This document shows positions 44,703-57,379 of a stretch of DNA of 64,000 bases, one piece after another. The translations under genes were made by a program, and so were the position numbers. The notes under the pieces were generated by a model that saw nothing but the letters and a program-made list of their open reading frames with translations, was not told the origin of the DNA and did no database searches. Position 1 is the first letter of the stretch. Each line of letters starts with the position of its first letter. Origin of the DNA: Botryllus schlosseri (lineage: Eukaryota); assembly GCA_051294905.1 (NCBI GenBank), contig CM119371.1, positions 9,736,001 through 9,800,000 of the forward strand. Reading direction: 5' to 3'.

Positions 44703-45036
44703 TATTGATTGACGGGAGACTTTTCGACGCAAGTAAGCAATACGGTCAATCAAATGCGTTTTTTAAGAAATATATTTTTCTGTGCTACGTAATAGTAACA
44801 AAACAAATGGTAGACCGGCACGTGTTACCATGTCAACAATGAATATGTTAGTACAGGGGTGGGAAAACTACGGCCCGCGGGCCGCATGCGGCCCGCAACA
44901 CCGTTATGTGTGGCCCGCAAAAGTCTAAAGAAACTTATTAAAAATATTGATAAAATTCGTACTAAAAATCAAATTACCGTAATGCAGGGACCTTAACAAA
45001 CTTTTTTTAGTATATTTCACCATGATAATTCTAAGG

Positions 45037-45877
45037 CATTGATTGGTTCTCAACCTGGGGGACACGTGCACTTGGGGTCGTGAAAGCATCTGAAGGGGAT
45101 CGCGAAGCCGAACTCAACTGAAATTTTTTTTCGCGCTTCGCGTGATTTACCTACAGTTCATAATATTTTCTCTGTATTTAGTATGAATTGCATATTTAAA
45201 ATCTCTCATCAATAGTCGTAACTAGGGCTGGGCAAAATCGAGTACCTGAGTGATTCGATTCTGAATCACGTAATATGCTTCGAGTCGAGTAATCGAGTAT
45301 CCCTAATTATGACGTCATTACAGAACATAATATGTGAAAGTTTAAATGTGTACCTTTTATGCCACCACAAATAATATAATGCTTGTTATCTATCACATTA
45401 ATGGTACTTTGGCATTTTTTCGACCATGCCGATTTTATTGCACTTGGTGACAATGTTGCGGGACGATCATGACTTCGGAAATCTACTAGTTCCAGCAACT
45501 TCGTAGCTTTGTGCTACATGTTTCGTATGCTACGATACGGTCAATCAAGGTTTCAAGGCTTCAACAGCGAAAACTATTGTCGAAACTATATTTCTCGTTT
45601 ATAAATCAACTTCCCGTGGCGAGAAGCGTATAATTCCAGTACTCGAAAAAATCGCATTTTACTACTCGACTCGAATCATCACAATTAACACTCGATTCAG
45701 ATTCGAGTACTCGAATCATTATGCTAAGCCCTAGTCGTAACCTCTCATGCCACCAAACTATCCGTTAAGTTTGCTATAGCATCCTGGTTGCGTTTTGTGA
45801 TATGACGATAAGGGGGCGCGAAATCTTTCACCATCATAAAGGGGGGGGGCATGTCTTTCGAATTTCGAGAACCATTT
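45037..45877. mobile_element. Nested hAT MITE
   Basis: Degenerate CAGTGGTTCTC-type ends; TSD TTCTAAGG/TTCTAGGG. Confidence 0.7.
45223..45733. mobile_element. Doubly nested hAT MITE
   Basis: TAGGGCT..AGCCCTA; perfect TSD GTCGTAAC. Confidence 0.9.
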
Positions 45878-46406
45878 TTCTAGGGTAAATATTTCCTGTA
45901 TTATTTTTCATGTTTAAATTCTGGCGCGACAGCCCTATCTCAAGGCCCACGCAGTTAGAAAGGTTTCAACTGCTAAACATCACAAAATTCCTATACGAGA
46001 TAGACGTAATTCGGATCACGAGTGTGATTTCAGATTGGCCACCCAAGTTTCAATTATTTCAGTGATGTGCTTATAAAAAACGATTTGCTCACTCGTGCAT
46101 TAGATTCGTTCTTTTTCCGTAGAATTAGGGTATTTATGTTTTATCTACACTTATAGTAGAAGCGTGTTTGAAGCTAACATGGTTATGCTGGTGTCAGCAT
46201 TGTGGGTCCTGGACTGAACCAAAAGTGGAATTAGTAAATCTATGAGCAGATTTACATTTCAATCCTGTTCTAAGTATCGGGACAACAGATTTTCATCTCT
46301 ATAGTTTTGACAAATATGTTATTGCGGTCGACCAGCCTATGAAATCTCGCCATTGTTTCTGGCGCGTGTATTATATCATCATAGCAATGTTTAGTTTCTT
46401 ATGAAT

Positions 46407-47362
46407 CAGTGTTGGGATCAAGTCACTACTATCGAGTCACGAGTCATTTCGAGTCATTGCACATTTTGACTCGAGTCAAGTCAAGTCAATCGATTTTCGA
46501 AAGTGACTCGAGTCAAGTCAAGTCACCCGATTTTTGCAGATGACTCGAGTCAAGTCGAGTCAAGTCAAGTCAAGTCAAGTCACGAGTCAAGTCACAATTC
46601 AAGTCAAGTTGCCTTTTCGAAGTATGAGGCATGATTAAGTCATTGCATTTTGCTAGCTGTCTGAAATACAGATTGGGTGGTCATTGATTCTGAGCCTATG
46701 AACGAATATAAAGGTAAATATGCACGCAAGAAGGCGCTTTATCGCTCACAGAGCTGGTCAACTACGTAAGTAATTGTATAGACCTATATAGTTTATAGTT
46801 ACCAGCCAATGATTAAGATGCAATGCATTAACCAATGCCATATTGATAGGATACAATTCGAGCCTGCGCCAATGGTTGAGAAGAATATAAACTATATTCG
46901 CATTTAATTTCAATAAAACAAAAATATTTAGCCAAGGTAAGAACAGAGAGCAGAAAGATATATTCTGCTATTAAATAACTTTACTACTACTTTACGACAA
47001 CGTAAAGTAAGCTGTAAGCTTCGATCACTTCGTACGTGGCAATTCTATTGTGAGAAAACAATGGAGGCTAAGTAAAACACGATCATTGAATGGCTGGTCG
47101 CTCTCACGCATTACGCCAGCGTTTCGCGAACAATCCGAACATATGCAAGATACATTGATTGCCATCGACACCGAATACTTGATGACTTGAAATTGACTCG
47201 TGAATTTTGCTCCGAGTCACGTGTCAATCCACATTTCTGATAGGCCGAGTCAAGTCAAGTCAAGTCATTTTAGCATAGTGACTCGAGTCAAGTCAAGTCA
47301 TACGAAAAACGTGACTCGAGTCTAACTCGAGTCAAGTCATGACTCGAGTCATCCCAACACTG
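46407..47362. mobile_element. Nested hAT MITE with GACTCGAGTC and (AGTCA)n arrays
   Basis: CAGTGTTGGGAT..ATCCCAACACTG; perfect TSD TTATGAAT. Confidence 0.95.
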
Positions 47363-48929
47363 TTATGAATAAGCATATATATTATCCCCATGTCCTGCCC
47401 ATATAATCAAATACCAGCAATATTTCGTTTTGGTTTACAATTCCAATTTTATATAGTGCGGCCCGCGAATGAATTCAGATGTTGAATGCGGCCCGCGAGC
47501 TCAAAAGTTTGCCCCCCCCCCTGTGTTAGTATGTATTTCAAATTGATTTGACGCTAATGCCATTGTAAGCGGTGTCTTAAAAAAGCCTAGAAGTGGACCG
47601 TGCTACAAGTTGGCAAATATGGAATCATAACATATAATACCGAATTGTAGTAAATGAGTATTGCAGTTAAAAACGCCATAAAGACCACAAACAAACGACA
47701 ATGCAGGCTATTAAAGTACACATAGATCACAATTTCAGGTAGCTGTATGAATGGATAATATATAACAGCTACATCAGTATAAAGGAATGTATTTGCTCCG
47801 CATTACTTATTAGCCGTCGCTACTATACAATTCACACAACGCTGTCGGTTTCCGAAATTGCTAACGTGTTTCATTTCCTCCGTTCATCCTAACATGTGCT
47901 CTTACATTTATCCTGTCAGTCTTACAATTCACTGCTGCAGTGCGGTGTATGCAATTTTTAGCCAATCTACTCGAATCAGTTGCAGTAGACTCGATGATCA
48001 ACAGATCACTTCTCTGCAGCTTCGTCTTGCAATCATCGAGCACATTGGTCTTCATTCTATGACCTGTACAATGTACATCGTACATATCTTATTTGCTTTG
48101 AAATTGACACTGTAACCATTTTTTGTATGTGTACGTGTGTTGCTGACGTTTATCCTTTTTTATTGCCTGTTTTGTTATTTTGCGAGGATGAATAAAATTC
48201 TCTCTCTCTCTCTCGCTGTGGTGCGATTGTCCGATTGTTAGCGAATAGTGAGTGAGGCAGATTCGAATGTACCTCACCTGGCTGTTGTTTTTCTGTGCTG
48301 TCATTTTGCGTAATAAGATTGAATTTCACATTCCTTGCCGATTTTGAGGCGGTTCCAATGCCATAAGATTGTTAATATTCGGATTATTGGAATCGGTGCA
48401 AAAATCGCATTTGATTGATTTCAGTTTATACGAATTCTAAGCTTCTTATTATGAATTGCATTGCCGCAGGTGAGGCACGCTGTGCAACGCTTGAACAATA
48501 AAAATGAAAATTCGTGATATAGCCTACTCTACAGGCCTACCGTTGTTCACGGTCCATTGTCTGCTCATTGTGAATCATAAACGGTCAGCTGATACAAATA
48601 GGTTGACATGTTGTAATGCTGGCATTGGTCCGTATATCATGGAGCTCATGATCAATAATTGTGGTGTAATCAGCATTGCAAGATTGCAGAAACAGCAACA
48701 CGGTGTGGAACATCTTCAAATTGGTAAAATTTACATATTCATAAATATAGAATAAATGAAACATCTTCAGGTTAAACTTGAATTTTAATATCAATTCAAA
48801 TATATTGATACTCATCCGATTCTACGACTATTCCATACTTTGAGAGAGCACAAAAAGCAAGATGTCCGAGATGGTAATTTCACTCTAGATCTGCGAGCTA
48901 TATCTCACGACCCTAAATCGACTGATAGT

Positions 48930-49048
48930 TCATACGACAAAACGTCGACGATAAAATATCAATATAGTGGAACGGATATCTTCGAGTGAATGTCCATACG
49001 TAGTCGGGCGTGTGGTGGCGAGTAATTCGTCTCCAGCACCATACCATC
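48930..49048 (-). CDS. Gene B last exon (WYGAG..YGHSLEDIRSTILIFYRRRFVV*)
   Basis: Paralog of 2246-2349 with a 5-aa extension. Confidence 0.9.
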
Positions 49049-49540
49049 CTGTAAAGCAGTTCGGAATATGATATCGGCTGATATTGGAGCAAAAGAAGCT
49101 TCAGACTATATATAATGCTAGTTCTCTAACTTTACAAACATGTTTGCAATAATTAATATATATATTTATTAATTTGCCGAGAATGTGTGACTTCAATTGA
49201 CCCCTTTGTTTCTGTAAATGCAACTCATCGGTTTATGTGATGAGAATACATATATACACGGCATGCCTACCGAGATAGAAAGGTGCAAGTAACTCGTGAC
49301 TACAAGATCGAAAAATTGTCTGATATCCAAAAAACCAATCGCGACAGTGTAATATTTTATCTCAAGACACACGAGCGAGAAAAGGTGAACGATTATCCGA
49401 CAAATCACACTTGTTAAACTTCCATGCTCATTGCAATGAAAAACTTACGGAAATTCATGTCGCGTTGCCAAAGGCCTTAAAAGGCGATAAGCACCATTGT
49501 GCTGTGCCAATTAATAAAATAATACGCGACATTTGGTTAC

Positions 49541-49626
49541 CTGCAAAATCACCACATGTCCCGAAATGAGAAATGTCGTTCGAAACTCCACCCACACAAA
49601 CATATTCCGGTTTCACGCCCGTCACC
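49541..49626 (-). CDS. Gene B intelectin C-half exon 2 (VTGVKPEYVCVGGVSNDISHFGTCGDFA)
   Basis: Paralog of 4848-4933. Confidence 0.95.
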
Positions 49627-49767
49627 CTACAAAACACAACGTAGTAAATTATTTAAAGTTAGTCACGTGTGCTCGTAAAATAGCGGTTTGAATTTCGTAA
49701 GCGATGATCAATTAGACACACCAAAGGTTTATTGCACGTACTTGATACGACCTGCTACGGTATAGGA

Positions 49768-50180
49768 CAGTGGTTCCCGCTCAACGTCGGCGATATCGCC
49801 ATCAGTGGGCAATTATGAGTAACGAGGGGACGAAAATAACAAAGGGAGCGACTGAGAGGCGAAAGGGGGCGAAAATGTTGGAGCTTCCATGTAGATGTAT
49901 TTAATTAACACGGTCAAAAAATGCACGTGGATGCGACTTATTCTGCATATGACGCGTAAAGAGCTCAACGCAACGGAAAGTAGACGCGGAAACCGTTTTT
50001 CCGAATACCTACCGCCTCGGAAAATGGACTTTTTATTAAATTCACCAGCGATGAGAGTGAGGTGAAATCATTTCCCGATTATATGTCCTCTTTTTCGGGT
50101 CCGTAAGTATGGGGCGGGGACGAAAATTCGTTTCGAGATTGATAAGGGGTCGATGAGTCGAAAAAGGTTGGAAACAACTG
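49768..50180. mobile_element. hAT MITE
   Basis: CAGTGGTTCCC..GGAAACAACTG; perfect TSD GTATAGGA. Confidence 0.85.
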
Positions 50181-50943
50181 GTATAGGACGTCCTTGACGT
50201 TTTAGCGACGTATACACTCACCCATTATCAATGTTTCCTCTTATTTTTCACGAGTCTACGAGCACTCACCAACTCACTGCGCAGTCCCTTGGACAACAAT
50301 GCGTAACGACTAGAAAAGGTCATCACTTCGGATTTTTTGTGCGCAGCTTGGAGTTTTTGTGCGCAGAGGCCGTGTCAGCACTGCTCAATTGCGCATGTGC
50401 GTAGCTTAGAGGGAACATTGCTCATGATCACATGATATACACACAGTGCATGTGTATTTTTGCCGCTAGACAAGGACGGTACCGATATACCTTTTCAGGG
50501 CTTTCTAAGTCTTGCAACAACCGTCCCCTTTATCCCAGAAATGCTGAATGCCAAGCGGGGAAACACGGATACAAGTTTTACAGATCGGGTCTTTGGTCTG
50601 ACCCGGTCGAGGTGTCAATATAATTCTTATGCCAAATTATAGATCGTCTACAAAATATCTGTCGTCATACCGCCGTAGACTCCCATCGTACCTACAGAGC
50701 GTAATATGGAATATTGTCACTGGGTATGTTGAGACTCGTCATGAGGAGAGAGGCCGATTGAAAAGGAGCGGAATGATATAGGCCTACATATATCTATGCA
50801 AATAAGAATATAAAACGTATTATAAAAGTCATCAGAATGACAAAGCTGCAGTTCTACGTATGCGATATTAATAGCTGAATACGGAAGCTTCAAATAACTT
50901 GATAGTTGGAATGCATGGTAAATACAAATAATACCAGACCTAC

Positions 50944-51115
50944 CTGACGCCAGGACAAAGGGCATTTGCATACCCGTTGACGTTATACGCCCGAAATTGT
51001 AAAAAAACGCTTTGAACCAGTAATCTCATTTCGGTTGGGATTTTTTCGTTCATTTTATTGATTCCTCCATCGTCGAATGTAACTGGCACTGTGACGGTTT
51101 CAGAGTCAGGCTGAG
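50944..51115 (-). CDS. Gene B intelectin C-half exon 1 (QPDSETVTVPVTFDDG..LQFRAYNVNGYANALCPGV)
   Basis: Paralog of 6444-6615, open frame. Confidence 0.95.
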
Positions 51116-51422
51116 CTGCAGTGTGAGCAAATAGGGCCGATTAACATGATTCACTTGTACGCATTTGGTCTGCTTGAACAACAACTTGATAAAAGTAGTT
51201 ATATCCACTTAATCAGCACTATGAAAGCCACGCAATTATGGGTATTTGTCTGAATTGGAATTCAAAACGAATGTCTCACTTTACCTAAGGCGAGACCAAA
51301 AGTTTAAGTCATGCTGGACTTTCTATTTCCCGGTCGGGTTCGGGCCATCTCTGGGCAAGCGCTGTTCCACCTTGATCTGCAATCAAACCATCAGATCGGG
51401 CTTGTACCTGTCGGACTCTGGC

Positions 51423-52147
51423 TAGGACTGTGCGAACGCCTAAAAGGTTCAGGTTGGTGTGAACGCGAACCATTTTGAAAGGTTCTGTGTGAATTCGAAC
51501 GTGAACCTTATGACGACACGTTACGTCATATTGCTAATTGCTAAACCCTACATTTCAGTGAAGTGATATCTGTACACGATACCTTGCGACGACTCAGGTG
51601 ACATTTTGCCACAATGCTGAAGTACATGTTTCAACTGGAGCAATCAAATGCTATAGTAAAATCAAAATCATCCGCCGTTCTGCTAACAATTTCGACAAGG
51701 ACTTGCAATGGAATATGAGCTTATGTCCAAACGGTTTAGGGGAGACCGGACATTCGACTTCTGACTATTGCTACATTGATATTGAGCAGAGTGTAAACGG
51801 GCCTATATACTTGCTACCGATGTTACCCCATGAACAAGTTATACAGTAGCCAATACCCCGATCGCACGGATGTGGTTTTTATGATACGATAAACATATCA
51901 ACACAAGATGGATCCCGTACGCCTGCTAGATTTTCTACATTAGAAAACGATGTAGTCTTTATATAAATTTTAATGATTGTTTGAATAATCATCATTTGCT
52001 GACTCCCCACATGTGGTGGATTTCGTTCGAGCATACTTTTGTAACACAACAAGTTAAACTACTAAGGTTCGTTTGTGAACGTTAACCTCTAAATTTCTGA
52101 GATTCACGCACAGAACGTGTGTGAACCTCACGTTGACACCATCCTTA
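51423..52147. mobile_element. hAT MITE (GTGAAC family), copy 1
   Basis: Colinear with 54205-55126; TSD ACTCTGGC/ACTCTGAC. Confidence 0.85.
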
Positions 52148-52921
52148 ACTCTGACCGTGTTTGGGATCAATATACACGGCTCTATCTCACCTCTAAGTAA
52201 CAGACCAGAACAGGTAAGTAGCCTAATCGTTTGTAGGAAATGAATAGATATATTGAAGAGATTCATCATGCCCCAAAATAACACTGGCACTGAGACATGG
52301 GCATCGGTGGAATTTGACATAATTATACTAAGGAATGCATGTATATACAGCGTCACTATAGATGTAGCCTACGTGACGTCATTCCAGGTAGTACACAGTA
52401 AAGTTACAGTTTTCCCAAACGTCGATAGTTGTAGCCTAATGTAAGAAATGTCTTGATGGAATACATAATTGAATACTTTATGTGCGCCGTTCGACATATA
52501 GTCGCAACCCCCTTATATCAGTTTGTGTAGAAGAAACAATTGTAGCAATCACATTAGATGTTGCCTTGTTAGTGTCTGTTATTTATTAAACAAGGGCTGA
52601 TTAGCTCGTGGGCCACCTTTGTGTCCAAATCTCCGGGCCTACTTATTTGCTAATCCGCCCTTGCTAATAAGTCTGTAAATACGTTTCAGGTTAAGTTGAG
52701 TAGTTCGTTAACTTATTGGTGTGTATCAAAACCATATAACCTAGACGTGGTACGGGGCTAGAAAAAGTTTGCGAACCACTGCTGCCCAGCGTACGAACCG
52801 GACCTTTGCGTTTTCATCCGTACCATTGCTGAATCAAAAATAGTTACGCTACCCCACCGCGGTCAGATATAATAACAGTTGGCGTTGGAGACATTTGATA
52901 ATAGTATATGTGGATCTATAC

Positions 52922-53016
52922 CTTTTATTAATTCATATTGATGCGTGTAAACACTTTTTAAAACCGAGTCCGCCACCGCATCTAGCTCGAGTTGTGAATA
53001 GTTCATCCCGCTTTCT
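52922..53016 (-). CDS. Gene B inserted-module exon (ESGMNYSQLELDAVADSVLKSVYTHQYELIK)
   Basis: Paralog of 9938-10032. Confidence 0.9.
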
Positions 53017-53083
53017 CTGCAATGCGATAACGATGGTATGGTGAAGGCGAACAAAACAATTAATACAGAGCAATTATTGTTAC

Positions 53084-53216
53084 CGAGAAAGTAATATATA
53101 TCCGTAGAGTACTCGGGCAGGCGATCCGTCAATTATGTATTCAACAATCCTTGAACCGTAACGGGATATCGATTCAGAGTACTTGCGAAGCCGGATGGAT
53201 GTTTGGAATTCCACAC
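53084..53216 (-). CDS. Gene B inserted-module exon with frameshift (VWNSKHPS../..GSPARVLYGYILLS)
   Basis: Both ends align to 10097-10230 but in different frames; the exon is 1 nt shorter. Confidence 0.85.
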
Positions 53217-54204
53217 CTTCGTAAAATACTTTACTGAATGAGTCACCGCTCTTTATCGTGAGAATGATGAAATATATTATAGGATAAAATTGGGTATTGA
53301 TAATCAGTTCAAATTAGACATATTCATATTACTTATACTACATATAGACGGGAATCACATATAGTCGACTAATGTCACGCGCTGTCAGAACTCAAATATC
53401 GAATTTTCGAGTCACGGTCCTTCTTAATATGCATTGAGAGTGTATCTCCTTATACATCTTTTTCAACACCATCCTTTCTGCCTTATAAAACGCATCCATC
53501 GATGGCAAGTTCTCAAAGACATTGTGTGAAATTAATTGTAGAACGCCCATAATAGCAGTGATAAAGCAAGGAAGCGTACAATACCAATATACCATCGAAA
53601 CATTGCAAGTCATAAATTGATTCCATATTGATGTATGGGGCTCTGTAACGAACTTTATGTGCTTGAACCGCAATTTTAAATTGAGAGTTCGAGTATATGT
53701 TGTGCTCAGTGACAGCAACATTGTCGATGCTGACTAAATTGCAATTATCATTAGACGTTATCGATATCAAATATATTTGGTGTTGACTGCTTCAGTTTTT
53801 CAGAATACTTAAAAAGATATTAAAATATTACTTGGCATGCTCGATATTACAATATCGGTTCATTTGGAGGGTGTCACGATGCTGAAACCAAGCACAGTTA
53901 GGCAAAAAATCGTTTTTCTCCTTCACTTTGGTCACAAGGTAATAGTTATGCCATTGAACCATAATGCTATTAACAGGGATGGGTTTACACTGCAGGAGAA
54001 ATAGCAAGGCAGTTTTATGCAGACTATACCTAAGTTAAAGTCGAAATGAATAAAATTATTCTTATTTCAAGGCATTAATAAGGAATTACGTCATGATCCA
54101 GCAAAGTGACGGGAATAGTGAATCAAAAATGTATCCAATTGAATTTATCAAATGATGGGTCGCGCTGTCGCAAAAAGATCATGAGAGTTTTGTGATGTTA
54201 TAAC

Positions 54205-55126
54205 TAGGGATGGTGTGAGCCTCTTAAAGGTTCAGGTTCGTGTGAACGCGAACCTTTTTGAAAGGCTCTGTGTGAACGCGAACGTGAACCTCATGACGTC
54301 ACGTGACGTCTCATATTGCTAATTCCAACCCTACATTTCATTGAATTGATATATTAATGTACACATTGTACACGATACCTAGCGACAACTCAGGCCACAA
54401 TTTTGAAGTACATAATGACTTTTTAACCGTCCCCAAATATACCAACTGGAGCAATCAATTGATTTAATAATCCTGTAAAATCAACATCTTTCGTCGCTTT
54501 GCCGGGAATTTCGACGAGGACTTGCGAAGGAATATAAGCTTACGCCTTAACGGTCTATAGGCCAGACCGGACAATGAATTCGGGGTCTGAGTATTGCTAC
54601 ATCGATATTGCGCACAATCACACGGATTTGGTTTTTATGACACAATAAACATATCAAATCAAGATGGAACCCATATGCCTGCAAGAGTTTTTGCGTTAGA
54701 CAACGATACATTCTTTATATGAAGTTCAGTGATTGGTTGGATGACCATCATTCGCGGACTACCTACAGGTATAGCATATTCAGCTGTTGATGTTGTGTGA
54801 TTGCGAGTCAAGTTCACACTAGAGTCCCTAAACATTCACAAACGGAAAAACTTTTGTAACAAAGAAAATAAAATTTTTGAGATTGTCAAGGTTTCAGGCT
54901 CGTTTAGTGTTTATTTTTTTATGCTGCCAGTGCCATTCATAGAGTGGCCCGCAGTTGAAATGCAAATAATTTCAACCAAAGATGTTATAATGTCGTGGAA
55001 ATTGTAATATATGAAAAAGGTTCACAGTGCAAAACCTACCAAGGTTCGTTTGTGAACGTGAACCTCTAAATTTCCGAGGTTCACACACAGAACGCGAACG
55101 TGAGCCTCACGTTCACATCATCCCTA
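54205..55126. mobile_element. hAT MITE (GTGAAC family), copy 2
   Basis: TAGGGATG..CATCCCTA; TSD GTTATAAC/GTTACAAA. Confidence 0.85.
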
Positions 55127-55198
55127 GTTACAAATAATTGGTCTTAGTGAGAGTAACCCAACGCCCATCAAAAACATGATATCTAACAAAGCACGAAC

Positions 55199-55363
55199 CT
55201 TGGTGCTCGACACGTAGAAGTGGAAACGGCATTCAGTTTTTAGTTTTTGGTTTGGCTGATAAAACTGGATCGCACTGAAGTAGATTTCGAAACCGCCAAG
55301 CATTGTGTTACCCTCGAAGTAGGTGATATTGCTGTCCTCGTAGGGAATCCTGATCGATTGCAC
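55199..55363 (-). CDS. Gene B inserted-module exon (VQSIRIPYE..QKLKTECRFHFYVSSTK)
   Basis: Paralog of 11844-12008. Confidence 0.9.
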
Positions 55364-55512
55364 CTATCACAATAATTGCTGCATCCACTATAATTTCATA
55401 TATGACGATATCCTCTATCCACACCGGCATAACCGATAAATATTCCGAGATGAGGAACGTACTTGTCAGAGCCTCAACAACATGAACTTTAATGCGCACG
55501 GTATGTCTACAC

Positions 55513-56364
55513 CAGGGGGTGACCAACCTGCAGCCGTAGAAGGAAATTTTTGCGTCCGTCAACACGTAATTCGATTACTTTGTGCTGGCGATCGTCGATA
55601 TGCAAATTTAATTTAGGAATTGACTCCCCAATTTTCGCGAAATGTCATTATTTATTCATGTTTTCTTCGCGCTATGCACGATTCAATGCGCCTCATTTCC
55701 GATCCTAATAAAGTACAGCCCTTCGTAGACTGATCCCCACAGTACAGATGCGAACAGAAGAGTAAAATTATGCGCCTCGTACATAAATACTAACTAAGAA
55801 TAGTGCACTCCTCACGAAAGAAATATATTTGTGGTACGTTTGGATGATTCCAATATCTGTCCACTACACCGACAATCCTGATAGGATGTCAAGAAATGAC
55901 AGCATCAAACTGGTGATATGACTAATAACAATTGACCGCCCGAAGATGTATCATCAACATTTGTCCTAAATTTTCGAAAACACTACCTCCTTCATCTTTA
56001 CCGGTTAATCTGATCAAACGGGATGAGAAATGATAAATATTCATTAGTAATATGTAATCACTAATACTAATGACGATCGAAATTCCAAAGTGAGTCTGAA
56101 AAACGTTTCGCGCCTGGCGCTACCATAACGTATCCCAGTAACTATTCCTAATGTGACCACTCGCGATTCTGGTGCGTAGGCCTATATTAAGCCGATATGT
56201 AAAAGTAGATTAGTCCGGAGTTGACCTGAAACGGACATGGACAGTTGAACATAAATATTTGGCGACCAGTGGCTTCGTTACGGCTCTACGTCGTGGAATG
56301 TGGCCGTGTGCTACATTTGTAGTATAAATGCAACGGTGAATAGCAAAAAGTTATGCCACCCCTG
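55513..56364. mobile_element. hAT MITE
   Basis: CAGGGGGTG..CACCCCTG; TSD GTCTACAC/GCCTACAC. Confidence 0.8.
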
Positions 56365-57030
56365 GCCTACACGCTTTACACATCTCTACAAGACATCAGT
56401 CTAAACAAATCACCCAATGTCGTCTTCTACCATTGAGCTGATCCTACCCTATCCATAATCCCGACTCCTTGACCGAACTAATGCGTATCTCACGAAATGA
56501 CCAATACCACCAATTTTATATTCCTGTCATCGAATATATACAAGCGTAGCCAAGCAGCGAAAAGCACCTTCGTCCCACCATTCCAATTTGGACCTGGATG
56601 CTATGACGTCACTGGCATTTATTCAATCAATTTCGATAAAATATTTTTACATCTCTCAATTTGGGCTTGATCATGCCTATGGTGTCAAGGAGTAATAATT
56701 GAAATGATTTCGGTAGGTGAAAGGAAAATACTTTTCTTCATCGTCCATTTCACTTTATCTCGAATTGTCTTAGAAAATGATATAATTGAAAAAAATATTT
56801 CCATCACATAACTATAGTGTTTATTAAGACACGCTTCTCATTAGAAGATATGTAGACAGCCTGTACATTGTACATTGTACAGGCAGCAAGGATCACCAGA
56901 CGATTTTCTTGGGTCAGCGACAGCGTCTAGATCCGTGGTTCACATAGTTGGCTCCAGCGCCCCTTGGCGGCGTTTGCACCTCGACGGAGCTCTAGCTACA
57001 TTTTGGGCGATTTATTGAGGCCGGTGAGAG

Positions 57031-57379
57031 GGTTCCATACTATTACCGAGAATGCTATTGCCGAGAATGGACATTCCCGAGAACGGACATTACCGAGAAT
57101 GTACATTACCGAGAACGGACATTACCGAGAATGGACATTACCGTGAATGCCCAATGCCAAAAATCTAGCTTAATGTAACGGGCGTTGTCGAGAAATTTAT
57201 ACCTGAGAATCGATACCGAATGTGGCAACGCCATGATGCACACACACGATCCGTACATATGCATAACACGCCTGCATTGCATACATTGCATTCTCGGTAA
57301 TGTCCATTCTCGGTAATATCCAATCTCGGTATTGCCCATTCTCGGTAATGTCCATTCTCGGTATTGCAATATTAGAACC
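57031..57379. mobile_element. Foldback MITE with inverted arrays of the 16-bp unit GACATTACCGAGAATG
   Basis: About 5 direct units on the left and about 4 inverted units on the right; core homologous to 5162-5475. Confidence 0.8.

Larger units (their letters stand above)
44854..47523. mobile_element. hAT MITE hosting three nested MITEs
   Basis: CAGGGGTGGG..CCCCCTG; perfect TSD TGTTAGTA. Confidence 0.9.

Noticed and set aside
46407..47362. GACTCGAGTC palindromes and (AGTCA)n (also 445-1029) looking like a CRISPR or iteron array
   Set aside because: Spacing is irregular, the repeats are confined to the ends of TIR/TSD-bounded elements, the context is eukaryotic, and there are no cas genes. These are MITE subterminal repeats.
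47861..48085. VHCTGH resembling a transposase CxxH motif
   Set aside because: It is too short, with no TIRs or other supporting motifs.
53392..53770. Overlapping minus-strand ORFs in a gene B intron, possibly a LINE C-terminal remnant
   Set aside because: I could not identify a diagnostic motif and there is no counterpart in gene A.
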